Part shown: positions 1 through 10,695 of the stretch, piece by piece
How the letters are laid out: each line of letters starts with the position of its first letter
Position numbering within the stretch: the stretch's first letter is position 1
NCBI GenBank assembly: GCA_963663895.2
Contig: CAXXRD010000002.1
Location: forward strand, 192,001-256,000
DNA length: 64,000 bases
Origin: Dehalococcoidia bacterium
GTDB taxonomy: Bacteria > Chloroflexota > Dehalococcoidia > Bin125
Reading direction: 5' to 3'
Notes under the pieces: generated by a model
Database searches by the model: none
Told to the model about the DNA's origin: nothing
The model's input: only the letters and a program-made list of their open reading frames with translations
Position numbers and translations under genes: made by a program

Positions 1-87
1 GAGAAGGAAGACGATACGCCGCCGGTCCAGCCCACGGGGATGAGCGGCGCGCCTCCGATGCCCGCGAGCGCGATGGGCGGCTACTAA
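1..87 (+). CDS. 3' end of a gene truncated by the window, probably chaperonin GroEL
   Basis: Frame 1 reads EKEDDTPPVQPTGMSGAPPMPASAMGGY*, a Pro/Gly/Met-rich tail typical of GroEL C-termini; a strong terminator follows. Confidence 0.5.
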   Translation, partial: EKEDDTPPVQPTGMSGAPPMPASAMGGY

Positions 88-125
88 GGACCTGCCTTCC
101 GATATTTAGGACGACCCGCTCCTCC

Positions 126-164
126 ACGACACAGCCTCCCCGACGGGAGACTGTGTCGTTCTTT
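126..164 (+). terminator. Rho-independent terminator
   Basis: ACGACACAG-cCTCCC-cgac-GGGAGa-CTGTGTCGT hairpin followed by TCTTT; lies between convergent genes. Confidence 0.7.
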
Positions 165-322
165 CCAGGAATAGCAGCCGAGCAGTGGGTGAGGCCGGGT
201 CTTACCTGCCGAACTGGGCGTCACCCGGCCAGCCAAACGCTCCGGAACCTCGCAAACGCACTCGCACAGGAACCCGCTGCGGCGTTCGGCGTCACGGCGG
301 TCGGCCAGCGCGGCGCACCGTC

Positions 323-1447
323 TCACCGCGGGATGAGGTGAGCGGCCGTCGCCTTGAAGACCGCAGAAACCGCACTTCCCACCCGCAAACCCAGCGCTTC
401 GACTGAGGCCGGTGTGACCGTCGCGACGGCGGTCGTGTCCTCGCTGTGGCCCAAGTGGAGCTGGATTCGTAGCACGGGACCCACAAGATTGATCGCGTCG
501 ATGTGCGCCGGCAAGCAGTTGCGGGCACTGCCGGGGACGGCCGCTGCGGGAGGGAACAGCGTAATCGCCTCGGGGCGCACGCAGACCAAGGCAGCCGCAG
601 GCGGAGACGCGCTCGCCACATCCACCAGCTGGCCAGCGACGCGATACGTCGCGATGCCGGCGCCGGAGCGTTCCAAGCTCGCGGCCCAGACGTTCTCGAT
701 TCCCACGAAAGCGGCGACTTCCGCGTCGGCAGGAGCGCCGAAAACCTCAGCAGGCGAGCCCCGCTGGCGCAGGCGCCCGTCGATCAAGACGACGATGCCG
801 TCGCCGAGGCGGCGAGCTTCGTCCCGGTCGTGGGTCACGAGGACGGTTGTCGGGCGGCTCTCCGCCAAGACGGAGGCGAAGTCCTCGATCAGATCCGATC
901 GCGTGGGGGCGTCAAGGGCGGCAAAGGGCTCGTCGAGGAGCAGCACTTCTGGATCGAGTGCGAAAGCCCGCGCGAGACTGACACGCTGCGCCTCGCCACC
1001 GGAAACGTCGTGGGCGTGCCGATCGGCAAGGTGCCCCACCCCGAAGCGATCCAGCCAATGCCGTGCCCGTGTGCGCCGCTGCGCGCGCGGCAGCCGCCGC
1101 AGCCGCAACCCCAACTCCACATTGGCGCGCACGCTCATGCTGAGCAGCAGCGGCTCCTGAAAAGCCGCGGCCATGCGACGCCGGGTCGCAATAGGGTCGC
1201 GCTGCATGGGCGCCCCATCAAGGAGCAGCTCGCCGCGCTCGGGCCGGATCAGCAATTGCAGCATGCGCAGCAGCGTGCTCTTGCCCGCGCCATTGGGTCC
1301 GATGAGCGCGATGGTGCGCCCCTCGGGCACATCCAACTCGGGGATATCGAGCACCACGCGGCCGTCGCGGACAACACAGCAGCCGCGAAGCTGGATCTTG
1401 CTGTCCGCAACCGACGGAAGGCTAGGCGGGGCGGCGTTGCTGGGCAC
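323..1447 (-). CDS. tupC: Tungstate/molybdate ABC transporter ATP-binding subunit
   Basis: Walker A GPNGAGKST, signature VSGGEAQR, Walker B LLLDEP, C-terminal TOBE-like region; operon with tupAB. Confidence 0.85.
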   Translation of the reverse strand: MPSNAAPPSLPSVADSKIQLRGCCVVRDGRVVLDIPELDVPEGRTIALIGPNGAGKSTLLRMLQLLIRPERGELLLDGAPMQRDPIATRRRMAAAFQEPLLLSMSVRANVELGLRLRRLPRAQRRTRARHWLDRFGVGHLADRHAHDVSGGEAQRVSLARAFALDPEVLLLDEPFAALDAPTRSDLIEDFASVLAESRPTTVLVTHDRDEARRLGDGIVVLIDGRLRQRGSPAEVFGAPADAEVAAFVGIENVWAASLERSGAGIATYRVAGQLVDVASASPPAAALVCVRPEAITLFPPAAAVPGSARNCLPAHIDAINLVGPVLRIQLHLGHSEDTTAVATVTPASVEALGLRVGSAVSAVFKATAAHLIPR

Positions 1448-2117
1448 TAGTGAAGACCAGATTCACGAGGTAGGCGAGCACCAGCAGCATCACGCCGAGG
1501 GCGATCGCGACCTCGAAACGGCCACGGCTCGTTTCAAGCACCGTCGCGGTGGTGAGCACGCGTGTCTCTCCGGCAATGTTGCCGCCGACCATGATGGAGG
1601 CGCCTACCTCGGAGATGACCGCGCCGAAGCCAGCCATGAGCGCAGCGAGCAACCCTAGGCGCGCCTCACGCACGATCAACCAAAGGAGCTGCAGGCGATT
1701 GGCGCCGAGCGCGATCATCTGGTCGAGGAGCTTGGGGTCGATGGCCTGGATGGCAGCCAGCGAGATGCCGATCACGAGCGGCACAGCGATGACGAACTGG
1801 GCAATGACGATCGCCCAGGGGGTGTAGATGAGGCCGAGGCCGCCGAAGGGACCGCTGCGCCACAGCATGATCGCGACGAAGAGACCCACAACAACCGGCG
1901 GCATGCCCATGCCCGTATTCACAAGGGCGACGAGCGGACGGCGCCCCGGGAAGCGCTTGAGCGCGAGCGCCGCGCCGATCGGGACTCCGAGTACCAGCGA
2001 CACCACCGTGGCGAGGCTCGAGACGGCGAGGGTCCGCAGGGTGATCTCGATGATCTCAGCGTCGCCGCGAATCCAGAGGTTAAAGGCCTCTTTGATGCCG
2101 TCCCAGAGCAAGTCCAC
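1422..2117 (-). CDS. tupB: Tungstate ABC transporter permease
   Basis: GMPPVVVGL, ISEVGASIMVGGNI and TRVLTT motifs; hydrophobic. Confidence 0.9.
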   Translation of the reverse strand: MDLLWDGIKEAFNLWIRGDAEIIEITLRTLAVSSLATVVSLVLGVPIGAALALKRFPGRRPLVALVNTGMGMPPVVVGLFVAIMLWRSGPFGGLGLIYTPWAIVIAQFVIAVPLVIGISLAAIQAIDPKLLDQMIALGANRLQLLWLIVREARLGLLAALMAGFGAVISEVGASIMVGGNIAGETRVLTTATVLETSRGRFEVAIALGVMLLVLAYLVNLVFTSAQQRRPA

Positions 2118-2128
2118 GGGCGTGCCCC

Positions 2129-3043
2129 TCAGCCATCAGCAGCTTGCGCGGCAAAGCGCTCAATCACTTCGGCTTCCTGGAGGCCGGCAGCGGCATGGAA
2201 GAGCGGGCGGCCGAACTCATCGCGGCGGAAGTCGTTGATGATCGCTTGCGCTTCCTCGCTGAGCATGAACTCGATCCAGGCGACGGCGGCAAGGGCGTTG
2301 ACGCCGAGCTTAGCAGGGCTCACCTGGAGAACGCTGTAGAGATTGAGAAGGGCGGGATCGCCCTCGACTAGGGGGATCAGATCGACATCATCGGAGAGTG
2401 CGAGGAAGGTACCTCGGTCCGTCAGCACGTAGGCGAGCTTTTGGTCGGCGATGATGAGCGTCGCGCCCATGCCCTGGCCACTCTCCGCGTACCACGAGTC
2501 CCCGGGAACGATCCCGACCTCTGCCCAGATCGCCCGCTCACGCTTGTGCGTCCCGCTGTCATCGCCACGAGAGATGAAGCGCGCCTCGGTAGCGGCGATC
2601 GCGGTGAAGGCCATAGCGGCGTCGGTGCCGCCCGCAATGTTGGCGGGATCGGTCCGCGGGCCGACGATTACAAAATCGTTGTAGGCGACGAGGTGTCGGT
2701 TATAGGCATGGCCCGCATCGACCAGAGCGCGCTCCGCGTCGGGCGCGTGCACGAACAGGGCGTCGGCGTTGCCTTCTTCGGCCAAGCGCAGCGCGGCGCC
2801 GGTGCCGACCGCGATCGGCTTCACGTTGACGTCCACGCCGGCCTCGAAGACCGGGATGAGCGCCTCAAGGAGGCCGCTGTCTTGGACGCTGGTGGTCGTA
2901 GCGAGGATCAAGTCGCCACGAGGGGCGGGCGGGGCCGGGCGGCAGGCCAACACGAGGAGGGTGAGCGCAACGAGGCCCGCTAGAGTGAGGCGGACCCACA
3001 ATCGCGATCGATATGCTGATATAAGCATAACGGGCGGAATCAT
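2129..3043 (-). CDS. tupA: Tungstate-binding lipoprotein (start 3043 or 3028; the longer ORF upstream is spurious)
   Basis: ATTTSVQDSGLL, VGTGAAL, FVHAP, SRGDDSGTH and GQGMG motifs; lipobox VLAC. Confidence 0.9.
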   Translation of the reverse strand: MIPPVMLISAYRSRLWVRLTLAGLVALTLLVLACRPAPPAPRGDLILATTTSVQDSGLLEALIPVFEAGVDVNVKPIAVGTGAALRLAEEGNADALFVHAPDAERALVDAGHAYNRHLVAYNDFVIVGPRTDPANIAGGTDAAMAFTAIAATEARFISRGDDSGTHKRERAIWAEVGIVPGDSWYAESGQGMGATLIIADQKLAYVLTDRGTFLALSDDVDLIPLVEGDPALLNLYSVLQVSPAKLGVNALAAVAWIEFMLSEEAQAIINDFRRDEFGRPLFHAAAGLQEAEVIERFAAQAADG

Positions 3044-3102
3044 GCCACGTTGCGGCAACCACAGCAAGCCGTGGCGGCGGTCGCATTCGCTAGGCTGCAA
3101 GC

Positions 3103-4251
3103 ATGCACCATCGTTGGGACGTGATCGTGGCAGGTGGTGGCCCAGCAGGAAGCACCGCCGCCCGCCAACTGGCCAGGGCGGTGGCCCGCACCCTCTTGCT
3201 GGAAAAGGCGCGGCACCCCCGATACAAGGCTTGCGGCGGCGGCGTGCCGGCGCGCGCGGTCGCTTTGCTCGATCGTTCGATCGCGCCAGTGACTGAAGAC
3301 GTGGTGCAGGGAATCGAAGTGAGCCACCTCGGCGAGCGGCGCTTCGTAAAACGCTCAACGGATCCCTTAGCTTACATGGTGATGCGCGACCGCTTCGACG
3401 CACTGCTGCTGGAGTGGGCGGGGGAGGCGGGCGCCGAGGTGCGCGAGGGAGAGGCGGTGCAAGATGTCGAGACCGGCTCAGGGGGCGTTCGCGTATCCAC
3501 GGATCGCGATGTCCACGAAGCGACGGTCGTACTCGGCGCAGACGGAGCAGCAGGGCGGGTGGCGCGCGCGTCCGGATTAGGGAGTGGACTCGCGAAGAGC
3601 GCGGCCTGGGAGTTGGAGGTCGCCGCCCCCGAAACGGCTCTGCGCCGCTGGAACGGGCTGGTGAACGTCGATGTAGGCTACCGGCCTTGGGGCTACGGCT
3701 GGGTGTTCCCAAAAGCAGAGCGGCTGTCCATCGGACTGGTGCTGGCACCGGGGCGCGGGCGCCGGATTCGCGAGCAAGCGCAGCGCTACATAGCAGCGTT
3801 GGGGCTGGCCGGAGCGGAAGTGCAAGAGGCGCGCGGACATCCGATCCGCTACCGGCGCCGCAGGGAGCGCGTCGCGGCCGGCCCGGTGTTGCTGCTGGGC
3901 GATGCAGCGGGCCTCGCCGACGAGTTCACCGCAGAGGGGATCTCGTACGCAATCGAGTCGGCAAGGCTGGCGGCAACAGCGGCGCTGGCGGCGCTCGGCG
4001 GCGCTGGTGAGGCGGCCGAAAGGTATACACGGGCGATCGATCGCATGATTCAGCCAGAGCTGAACGCGGCACGGGCGATCTCGCGCATGTACTACTGGTG
4101 CGTCACCACGTGGCCTTGGCTGGCGCTGGGTACGAGCAAACGGGTGGCGTATCTCTGGCACGCCCTCTTCCGGGTCATGCAAGGCCGGTCGACATACCAG
4201 GCGGAATTGCAGCGGATCCCGGGTCTCGCCCTGTCGGCGCGGATGCTATGA
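3103..4251 (+). CDS. Geranylgeranyl reductase family flavoprotein
   Basis: GGGPAGS FAD motif, RYKACGGG, ADGA, GYGWVFPK, LLGDAAG..EGISYA. Confidence 0.85.
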   Translation: MHHRWDVIVAGGGPAGSTAARQLARAVARTLLLEKARHPRYKACGGGVPARAVALLDRSIAPVTEDVVQGIEVSHLGERRFVKRSTDPLAYMVMRDRFDALLLEWAGEAGAEVREGEAVQDVETGSGGVRVSTDRDVHEATVVLGADGAAGRVARASGLGSGLAKSAAWELEVAAPETALRRWNGLVNVDVGYRPWGYGWVFPKAERLSIGLVLAPGRGRRIREQAQRYIAALGLAGAEVQEARGHPIRYRRRRERVAAGPVLLLGDAAGLADEFTAEGISYAIESARLAATAALAALGGAGEAAERYTRAIDRMIQPELNAARAISRMYYWCVTTWPWLALGTSKRVAYLWHALFRVMQGRSTYQAELQRIPGLALSARML

Positions 4252-4997
4252 ACCGCCGTACAGCGAAGAAACCGGCCCGAGGAAAGACGTCCAGCCAGCG
4301 TCGCCCGGGCAGCCGGAAACGCCGAGCCACGTGCTTGCTCGCGCCCTCGGAGATCATCGAGCGCCTTGATGCCGAGGCACCGATCCCCCCCTGGCGCGCG
4401 CACGGTGACCCGGTGGCGGAGCTGGTGCTGACACTCCTCTCGCAGAACACGTCGGACACGAACTCGGGGCGGGCCTACCAATCGCTCGTGGCGCGCTTCC
4501 CCGATTGGGATGCCGTGTTGGCGGCGCCGGTCGGGGAGATCGAAGCGGCCATTCGCATTGGGGGGCTGGCGAAGACGAAGGCGCCGCGGCTGAAAGCGCT
4601 GCTGGCGGAGCTGCGCGAGCGATGGGGGGACGAGTGGGATGCCTCCCAACTGAAAACCTTGCCCCTGCCGGAGGCCAAAGCGTGGCTCACGAGCCTGCCG
4701 GGCGTAGGACCCAAGACGGCGGCGTGCGTGTTGCTCTTCGCGTTGAAGCGGCCCGCCCTGCCGGTCGACACGCATGTGCATCGCGTATGCCAGCGCCTCG
4801 GCCTCATCAATGAAAAAACGGGCGCCGCCGCCGCACACGAGCTGCTCGAATCACAGGTGAGCCGGGAGCAAGTGTACCCGTTCCACGTCGCATTGATCCG
4901 GCACGGGCGCCGCGTATGCAAGGCGGGGCGCCCTCTTTGCGAGCAATGTGTCCTATCCGACCGATGTCCCAGTGCAGGGTTGGAAAGGGCAGGCTAG
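4248..4997 (+). CDS. nth: Endonuclease III (HhH-GPD DNA glycosylase with 4Fe-4S cluster)
   Basis: LSQNTSD, LPGVGPKTA, VDTHV, CKAGRPLCEQCVLSDRC. Confidence 0.85.
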   Translation: MNRRTAKKPARGKTSSQRRPGSRKRRATCLLAPSEIIERLDAEAPIPPWRAHGDPVAELVLTLLSQNTSDTNSGRAYQSLVARFPDWDAVLAAPVGEIEAAIRIGGLAKTKAPRLKALLAELRERWGDEWDASQLKTLPLPEAKAWLTSLPGVGPKTAACVLLFALKRPALPVDTHVHRVCQRLGLINEKTGAAAAHELLESQVSREQVYPFHVALIRHGRRVCKAGRPLCEQCVLSDRCPSAGLERAG

Positions 4998-5030
4998 GGT
5001 AGCTCGACACGCAAACAGCGGAGGCGCCGC

Positions 5031-6071
5031 GTGATCCGCGCTGGCATCATTAACGTTACCGGTTACGTGGGAGGCGAGTTGGCCCGGCTGTTGCTCGGCC
5101 ATCCAGAGGTGCGCGTGACGTCGGTGACGGGGCGGTCCGAGGCGGGCCGGCGGCTGCCGGACGTGTTTCCGCACCTGTGGTCGCTGGATTTGGCGATCAC
5201 CGAGCAGCTTCGGGACGATGTCGACGTGGTGCTCTCAGCGCTACCGCACGCCGCAGCGGCCCAGGCGCTGGCACCGTATATCCGAGCCGGCACGCCGGTG
5301 ATCGACTGCAGCGCTGATTTTCGGCTGCACGACCCCGACACCTACGAACGCTGGTACGGCGAACACCCGGCGAGCGATCTGTTGGCGCAGGCGACGTATG
5401 GTCTGCCGGAGTTGCACCGCGACGCAATCCGGGAATCGCGGCTGGTCGCTGTCCCGGGCTGCTACCCAACCGCAGCGATCCTGGCGCTGGCGCCGCTGCT
5501 GGCAGGAGCGTTGGTAGAAGACGCCCTCGTCGTCGACGCGAAATCCGGCCTGTCTGGCGCGGGGCGGGCCTTGAAGCAGAGCAGCCACTTCGCCGAAGTG
5601 GACGGCGCTCTCAGCGCCTACGGCTTGGACGGTCACCGGCATCAACCCGAGATCGCGCAAGAGCTCGGCGCTCTGCAAGCAAACGGCAGGGCGCCGCAGG
5701 TCACCTTCGTCCCGCATCTGATCCCGATGACGCGCGGAATCCTGGCGACCGCCTACGCCCGCGCGCGGGCGGGCGCACTGCCGGCGGAGCGCCAGCTCGC
5801 ACGGACGGAGCTCGCCCAGCACTACCAGGCGTTCTACGAAGGACACCCGTTCGTGCATGTGACCGCGAGCGGGCCCAGCACGAAACACACGCTCGGCAGC
5901 AATGCTTGCCTCCTGTATCCGAATGTCGACGCGGTAACCGGCCAAGTGGTCGCGATCGCGGCGCTGGACAACCTCGGCAAGGGCGCAGCGGGCGCGGCCG
6001 TGCAGTGCCTCAATCTGATGTGCGGCTTCGACGAGAGCGCGGGCCTGTCGGTCGCCGCGATCTATCCGTAG
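5031..6071 (+). CDS. argC: N-acetyl-gamma-glutamyl-phosphate reductase
   Basis: TGYVG, SADFRL, YGLPEL, PGCYPT, SGAGR, DNLGKGAAG. Confidence 0.95.
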   Translation: MIRAGIINVTGYVGGELARLLLGHPEVRVTSVTGRSEAGRRLPDVFPHLWSLDLAITEQLRDDVDVVLSALPHAAAAQALAPYIRAGTPVIDCSADFRLHDPDTYERWYGEHPASDLLAQATYGLPELHRDAIRESRLVAVPGCYPTAAILALAPLLAGALVEDALVVDAKSGLSGAGRALKQSSHFAEVDGALSAYGLDGHRHQPEIAQELGALQANGRAPQVTFVPHLIPMTRGILATAYARARAGALPAERQLARTELAQHYQAFYEGHPFVHVTASGPSTKHTLGSNACLLYPNVDAVTGQVVAIAALDNLGKGAAGAAVQCLNLMCGFDESAGLSVAAIYP

Positions 6072-6078
6072 CACCTCA

Positions 6079-7302
6079 GTGAACGACGACGCGCAACCGG
6101 ACGCCGCGGTCGACTCTAGCCCCGGCGCGTTGACGCGGGCGCGCGGCTTCAAAGCCGGCGCCACCACGGCCGGGATCAAGGAATCCCATCTGCCCGATAT
6201 GGGCCTCCTGGTATCCGAAACGGTCGCGGCGGCGGCGGCGGTCTTCACTTCGAACGCACTGTGGGCGGCGCCGCTCATCGTCGACGCGGAGCATGTCGCG
6301 GACGGCCGCATCCAAACCGTCCTCGTGAATTCCGGCAACGCAAATGCGGCGACGGGGGAGCGCGGGTTGGCCGACGCGCGGCGCATGGCCGAGATCGCCG
6401 CGGCGCGCGCGGGATGCGGACCGGACGAGGTATTCGTTCTCAGTACAGGCGTGATCGGACAGTACTTGCCCATGGATCTGATCGAGGCGGGGGCGAGCGC
6501 GATCACGCCGACGGCCGGGGGCGGGGCGGCGTTCGCGCGGGCGATCATGACAACGGACACGTTCCCCAAGGAAACCAGCCAACAGTTCGAGGCGAATGGG
6601 CGCTCTTACACCATCGGCGGCTGCGCCAAGGGCGCGGGCATGATCCACCCGAACATGGCGACGATGCTGGCCTTCCTCACGACCGACGCGCCGCTAGAGG
6701 TGCCCGTTCTCCGAGCGCAGCTGCGGGAGGCGTGCGACCGCACGTTCAACATGATCAGCGTCGACGGGGACACGTCCACGAACGACACGGTGCTGCTGCT
6801 GGCGAACGGGGCCGGCAGTGGGCCGCCGATCGCGGATGCCGCCGCAGTGAGCGCCTTTGCCGCGGCGCTGGAGACGGTCTGCCGAAAGCTCGCGATCGAC
6901 ATCGCGCGCGACGGCGAAGGCGCGACAAAGCTGATCGCGATGGAGGTGGGAAGCGCGGCAAGCGTCGAGGAAGCACGGGCCGTGGCGCGGAGCGTGGTGC
7001 GCTCACCACTCCTCAAGGCGGCGCTGAGCAAGGGGGACCCGAACTGGGGCCGGGTCCTGATGGCGGCAGGAAACGCGGGGGTGCGGATCGATCCGAGCCG
7101 CTGCCGCCTTTCGATCGGCGAGAGGACGCTGTTCGCGCGGGGGGAACCGACCGGCGTGCCGGAGGCGGAGGCCGCCAAGGCAGTGACGGGCGCGGTGGTG
7201 CACATCCGGCTTGAGCTGGGCCGGGGCGAGGCCTCCGCAACCGCCTGGGGCTGCGACCTCACCGAAGAGTACGTGCGCTTCAACGCAGACTACGTTACGT
7301 AG
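6079..7302 (+). CDS. argJ: Ornithine acetyltransferase / N-acetylglutamate synthase
   Basis: NSGNANA, IMTTDT, KGAGMIHPNMATML, DGDTSTNDT, DGEGATK, DPNWGR. Confidence 0.95.
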   Translation: MNDDAQPDAAVDSSPGALTRARGFKAGATTAGIKESHLPDMGLLVSETVAAAAAVFTSNALWAAPLIVDAEHVADGRIQTVLVNSGNANAATGERGLADARRMAEIAAARAGCGPDEVFVLSTGVIGQYLPMDLIEAGASAITPTAGGGAAFARAIMTTDTFPKETSQQFEANGRSYTIGGCAKGAGMIHPNMATMLAFLTTDAPLEVPVLRAQLREACDRTFNMISVDGDTSTNDTVLLLANGAGSGPPIADAAAVSAFAAALETVCRKLAIDIARDGEGATKLIAMEVGSAASVEEARAVARSVVRSPLLKAALSKGDPNWGRVLMAAGNAGVRIDPSRCRLSIGERTLFARGEPTGVPEAEAAKAVTGAVVHIRLELGRGEASATAWGCDLTEEYVRFNADYVT

Positions 7303-7341
7303 GCGTTTTCCGCAACCAGCGAGCACCGTACGCTGAACCCC

Positions 7342-8116
7342 ATGAACGCTGCACAAACCCCGGGCGCGATCGTGGTCAAGTTGGGCGGGAGCACGCTCGG
7401 AGCCCACGACACGTCGCTGGCCGATATCGCGGCGCTCGCCCAGCAGGGCCGACGGGTAGTCGTGGTACACGGGGGCGGCGCGCTGACGACGGAATGGCTG
7501 GAGCGGTTGGGCGTGGAGACCGAGTTCTCCAACGGACTGCGCAAGACGACACCCGCCGCGCTGGATACGACGATCGCAGTTCTTGCGGGCGTCGTGAACA
7601 AACGACTTGTGGAGCAATTGACGTCGCTGAGCACGCAGGCGCTCGGTATCTCGGGAGCCGACGCCGGGATCGTGCGGTCTCCGCTGAGCGAGCGCGGGAT
7701 TGGGCTTCGTGGGAGAGAGGCCCGTCTGCAACGCCGTGCCGCTTGCGGCCTTGCTGGATGCCGGCTTCCTGCCGATCATGGCCCCCATCGGGCTCTCCAC
7801 CAGCGGTCAGCTCATCAATATCAACGCGGATGCCGTAGCCGGCGCGGTTAGCGTGGCGCTGGAGGCGGAGGCACTCGTGATGCTGACCGACACGGATGGG
7901 GTGCTGGACGGCGAACAACGGCCGATCGCCACGATCGACGCCGAGCAGGCTGAGGCCCTCCAGGCAGCCCGCGTCGTCGTGGGAGGGATGCTGCCCAAGC
8001 TGGCCGCAGGCCAAGCGGCGGTGGCGGCGGGGGCGGCGGCCCGGATCGTCGACGGACGGGCCGCGGGAGCGGTGCCGGCCGCACTGCGAGGCGAGACGGG
8101 CACGCTCGTTTTGTAA
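7342..8116 (+). CDS. argB: Acetylglutamate kinase with one frameshift near 7700 (probably a sequencing error)
   Basis: VKLGGS and VHGGG in ORF 7342; NINADAVA and GGMLPKL in ORF 7700-8116. Confidence 0.88.
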
Positions 8117-8209
8117 TCGCAGCGCGGCGCGCCGGATCTTTCTTGCTGCGAAGGGGAACGCTGGATATCGTGACAGCGCCGGAGCGCTGACACGGACGAG
8201 AGAGAAGCC

Positions 8210-9430
8210 ATGCCAACCATCGCCGAGCGTGAGGCTGCGGTTTGCTTCAACACGGGCAAGCGTTTCCCCGTGACGATCGTGCGGGGCGAGGGCTCCCGTG
8301 TGTGGGATGACCAGGGGAAGCCCTACCTCGACTTCGTGGCGGGGATTGCGGTACTGGCGCTCGGACACGGACATCCGGCCGTCGTTGAGACACTGAAGAG
8401 CCAAGCCGCACAGCTCATCCAGGTTTCGAACTATTTCTACTCGGTGCCGCAGATCGAGCTGGCGGAGCTTCTCACGCAGGTGAGCGGCCTGAGTCGCGTG
8501 TTCTTCTGTAACAGCGGCGCCGAAGCCAATGAAGGCTGCATCAAGCTGGCGCGCAAGTGGGGGCAGACGGAGAAGAACGGCGCGTTCGAAATCGTGGCGA
8601 TGGAGCAGAGCTTCCACGGGCGCACGCTCGCGACCGTGACCGCCACCGGTACGCCCCGCTATAGCGAGCCGTTCCAGCCGCTGCCGGACGGCTTCCGGCA
8701 CGTTCCCTTCAACGACATGGCCGCACTGGAAGCTGTGGTCGGCGACCGGACGTGCGCGGTCATGCTGGAACCTGTGCAGGGCGAGGGAGGCGTCAACGTC
8801 CCGGACCCCGATTATCTGCCCGCGGTGCGCGCGCTGTGCGACGAGCGCAACGTCGCCCTGATCATGGACGAGGTGCAAACCGGGTTCGGACGCACGGGAC
8901 GGCTGTTCGGGTTCCAGCATAGCGGCGTCGCGCCGGATATCATGGCGATCGCCAAAGGGCTGGGCAGCGGGGTGCCGATCGGCGCGTTCTTGGCCAATGA
9001 CAGATTTTCCGTGTTCCAGCCGGGCGACCACGGAACGACGTTCGGCGGGCAGCCGCTGATGACGGCGGTGGCGTTAAGCGTCGTGTGGACGATCATCAAG
9101 GAAGATCTGGCCGCCCAGGCGGAGGCGAAGGGCGAGCGCGTGCGGGCGAAGCTACGGGCACTGGAGGACCGGCACCCGCAGATCGTCGACGTGCGAGGAC
9201 AGGGATTACTGATCGGGATCGAGTTCGACGGCGAGATCGCCGGAGCGGTGGTCAGCGCCTGCCGGGAGCAGGGGTTGCTGTGCAGCAATCTGAAGCCGAC
9301 CGTGATCCGCTGGGTGCCGCCGCTGACAGTGACCGAGGCGGAGCTTGATGAAGCAGCCGCGATCTTCGACGCGGCTCTCAGCGCCGTCGAAACGGCGGAG
9401 CACGCGCGACCGCTTTCGGGAACGCGATGA
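8210..9430 (+). CDS. argD: Acetylornithine aminotransferase
   Basis: NSGAEANE, FHGRT, EPVQGEGG, DEVQTGFGRTG, AKGLG, HGTTFGG. Confidence 0.93.
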   Translation: MPTIAEREAAVCFNTGKRFPVTIVRGEGSRVWDDQGKPYLDFVAGIAVLALGHGHPAVVETLKSQAAQLIQVSNYFYSVPQIELAELLTQVSGLSRVFFCNSGAEANEGCIKLARKWGQTEKNGAFEIVAMEQSFHGRTLATVTATGTPRYSEPFQPLPDGFRHVPFNDMAALEAVVGDRTCAVMLEPVQGEGGVNVPDPDYLPAVRALCDERNVALIMDEVQTGFGRTGRLFGFQHSGVAPDIMAIAKGLGSGVPIGAFLANDRFSVFQPGDHGTTFGGQPLMTAVALSVVWTIIKEDLAAQAEAKGERVRAKLRALEDRHPQIVDVRGQGLLIGIEFDGEIAGAVVSACREQGLLCSNLKPTVIRWVPPLTVTEAELDEAAAIFDAALSAVETAEHARPLSGTR

Positions 9431-10695
9431 GCGACACATCCTACGAGGGCGCCGGCAAGAAAGTGGTGCTGGCCTATAGCGGCGGCCTAGACACGTCGAC
9501 CGTGACACGCTGGCTCGTGGAGCGAGGCTGGGAGGTCGTATGCCTGACGGCCGACGTCGGCTTTCTCGACGCAGACCCAGATCTCGAGAAGCGCGCGCTG
9601 GCAGCGGGTGCGACGCGGCTGGTGGTGGCAGATGCGCAGGCGACGTTCGCGCGCTACTTCGTGCTGCCCGCGCTGGCGGCCGGTGCGATTTACGAGGACC
9701 GCTATCCCCTGGCGACCGCGCTGGCGCGCCCGCTCATTGCGAAACTGCTGGTGGACACGGCCCGCGCGGAGGGCGCGCAAGCGGTCGCGCACGGCTGCAC
9801 CGGCAAGGGCAACGACCAAGTGCGCTTCGACGTGTCGGTAGCGGCGCTGGCACCCGATCTGACGATCTTGGCACCCGTTCGCGATTGGGAGCTGACGACC
9901 CGTCCTGCGGAGATCGCATATGCCGAGGAGCACGGGATCCCGATCCGTGAAACGACCGCGAGCCCCTACTCCACCGACGAGAATCTGTGGGGCCGATCGA
10001 TCGAAGCAGGCGTACTGGAGGATCCGTGGGTCGAGCCGCCTGCGGACGTCTACCAGTGGACACGGTCCGTCGCGGAGGCGCCGGACGAGCCCGCGTTCGT
10101 CGAGGTGCAGTTCGAGCAGGGAGTACCGGTCGCGATCGACGGCGTGGCGATGGAGCCCGTGCCGCTGATCGAGCGCATGCACGCGCTGGCCGGGCAGCAC
10201 GGCATCGGCCGGATCGACATGGTCGAGAATCGGCTGGTGGGGATTAAGTCCCGCGAAATCTACGAGGCGCCCGCCGCCGTGGCGCTGCGCGAGGCGCATC
10301 AGGCACTGGAGGCGCTCACCCTCTCGAAACCGCAACAGCGGCTGAAACGTCGGCTGGCGCAAGACTATGCCGACTTAATCTACGACGGGCTGTGGTTCAC
10401 GGCGCACCACCAGGACCTCGCAGCATACGTGCGCTCCACTCAGCGGCATGTGAGCGGCACCGTGCGACTGCGGCTCCACAAAGGCACCGTGACGGCCGTG
10501 GGACGCCGCAGCCCGCGCAGTCTGTACCAGCTTTCGTTGGCGACTTATGATGCAGCCGATCAGTTCGACCAAAGCGCGGCGCATGGCTTCATTCAAATCT
10601 GGGGGCTTCCCGTCCGCGTGCAGGCCGACAGTCAGCTATTGCAACAGCCCGGGAGCCCGCTGCAGATCGCGGCGGGCGATGATGCCGAGTCATGA
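9427..10695 (+). CDS. argG: Argininosuccinate synthase
   Basis: LAYSGGLDTS, HGCTGKGNDQVRF, ENRLVGIKSREIYE. Confidence 0.97.
   Translation: MSDTSYEGAGKKVVLAYSGGLDTSTVTRWLVERGWEVVCLTADVGFLDADPDLEKRALAAGATRLVVADAQATFARYFVLPALAAGAIYEDRYPLATALARPLIAKLLVDTARAEGAQAVAHGCTGKGNDQVRFDVSVAALAPDLTILAPVRDWELTTRPAEIAYAEEHGIPIRETTASPYSTDENLWGRSIEAGVLEDPWVEPPADVYQWTRSVAEAPDEPAFVEVQFEQGVPVAIDGVAMEPVPLIERMHALAGQHGIGRIDMVENRLVGIKSREIYEAPAAVALREAHQALEALTLSKPQQRLKRRLAQDYADLIYDGLWFTAHHQDLAAYVRSTQRHVSGTVRLRLHKGTVTAVGRRSPRSLYQLSLATYDAADQFDQSAAHGFIQIWGLPVRVQADSQLLQQPGSPLQIAAGDDAES

Noticed and set aside
165-320. Possible ncRNA (SRP/6S-like) between the terminator and tupC, with a GGCCGGGT/ACCCGGCC inverted pair
   Set aside because: Lacks the SRP GGAA-loop core and a 6S-like long duplex; such pairing is expected at high GC
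7690-7710. Programmed frameshift in argB
   Set aside because: No slippery heptamer; the contig has many indel errors
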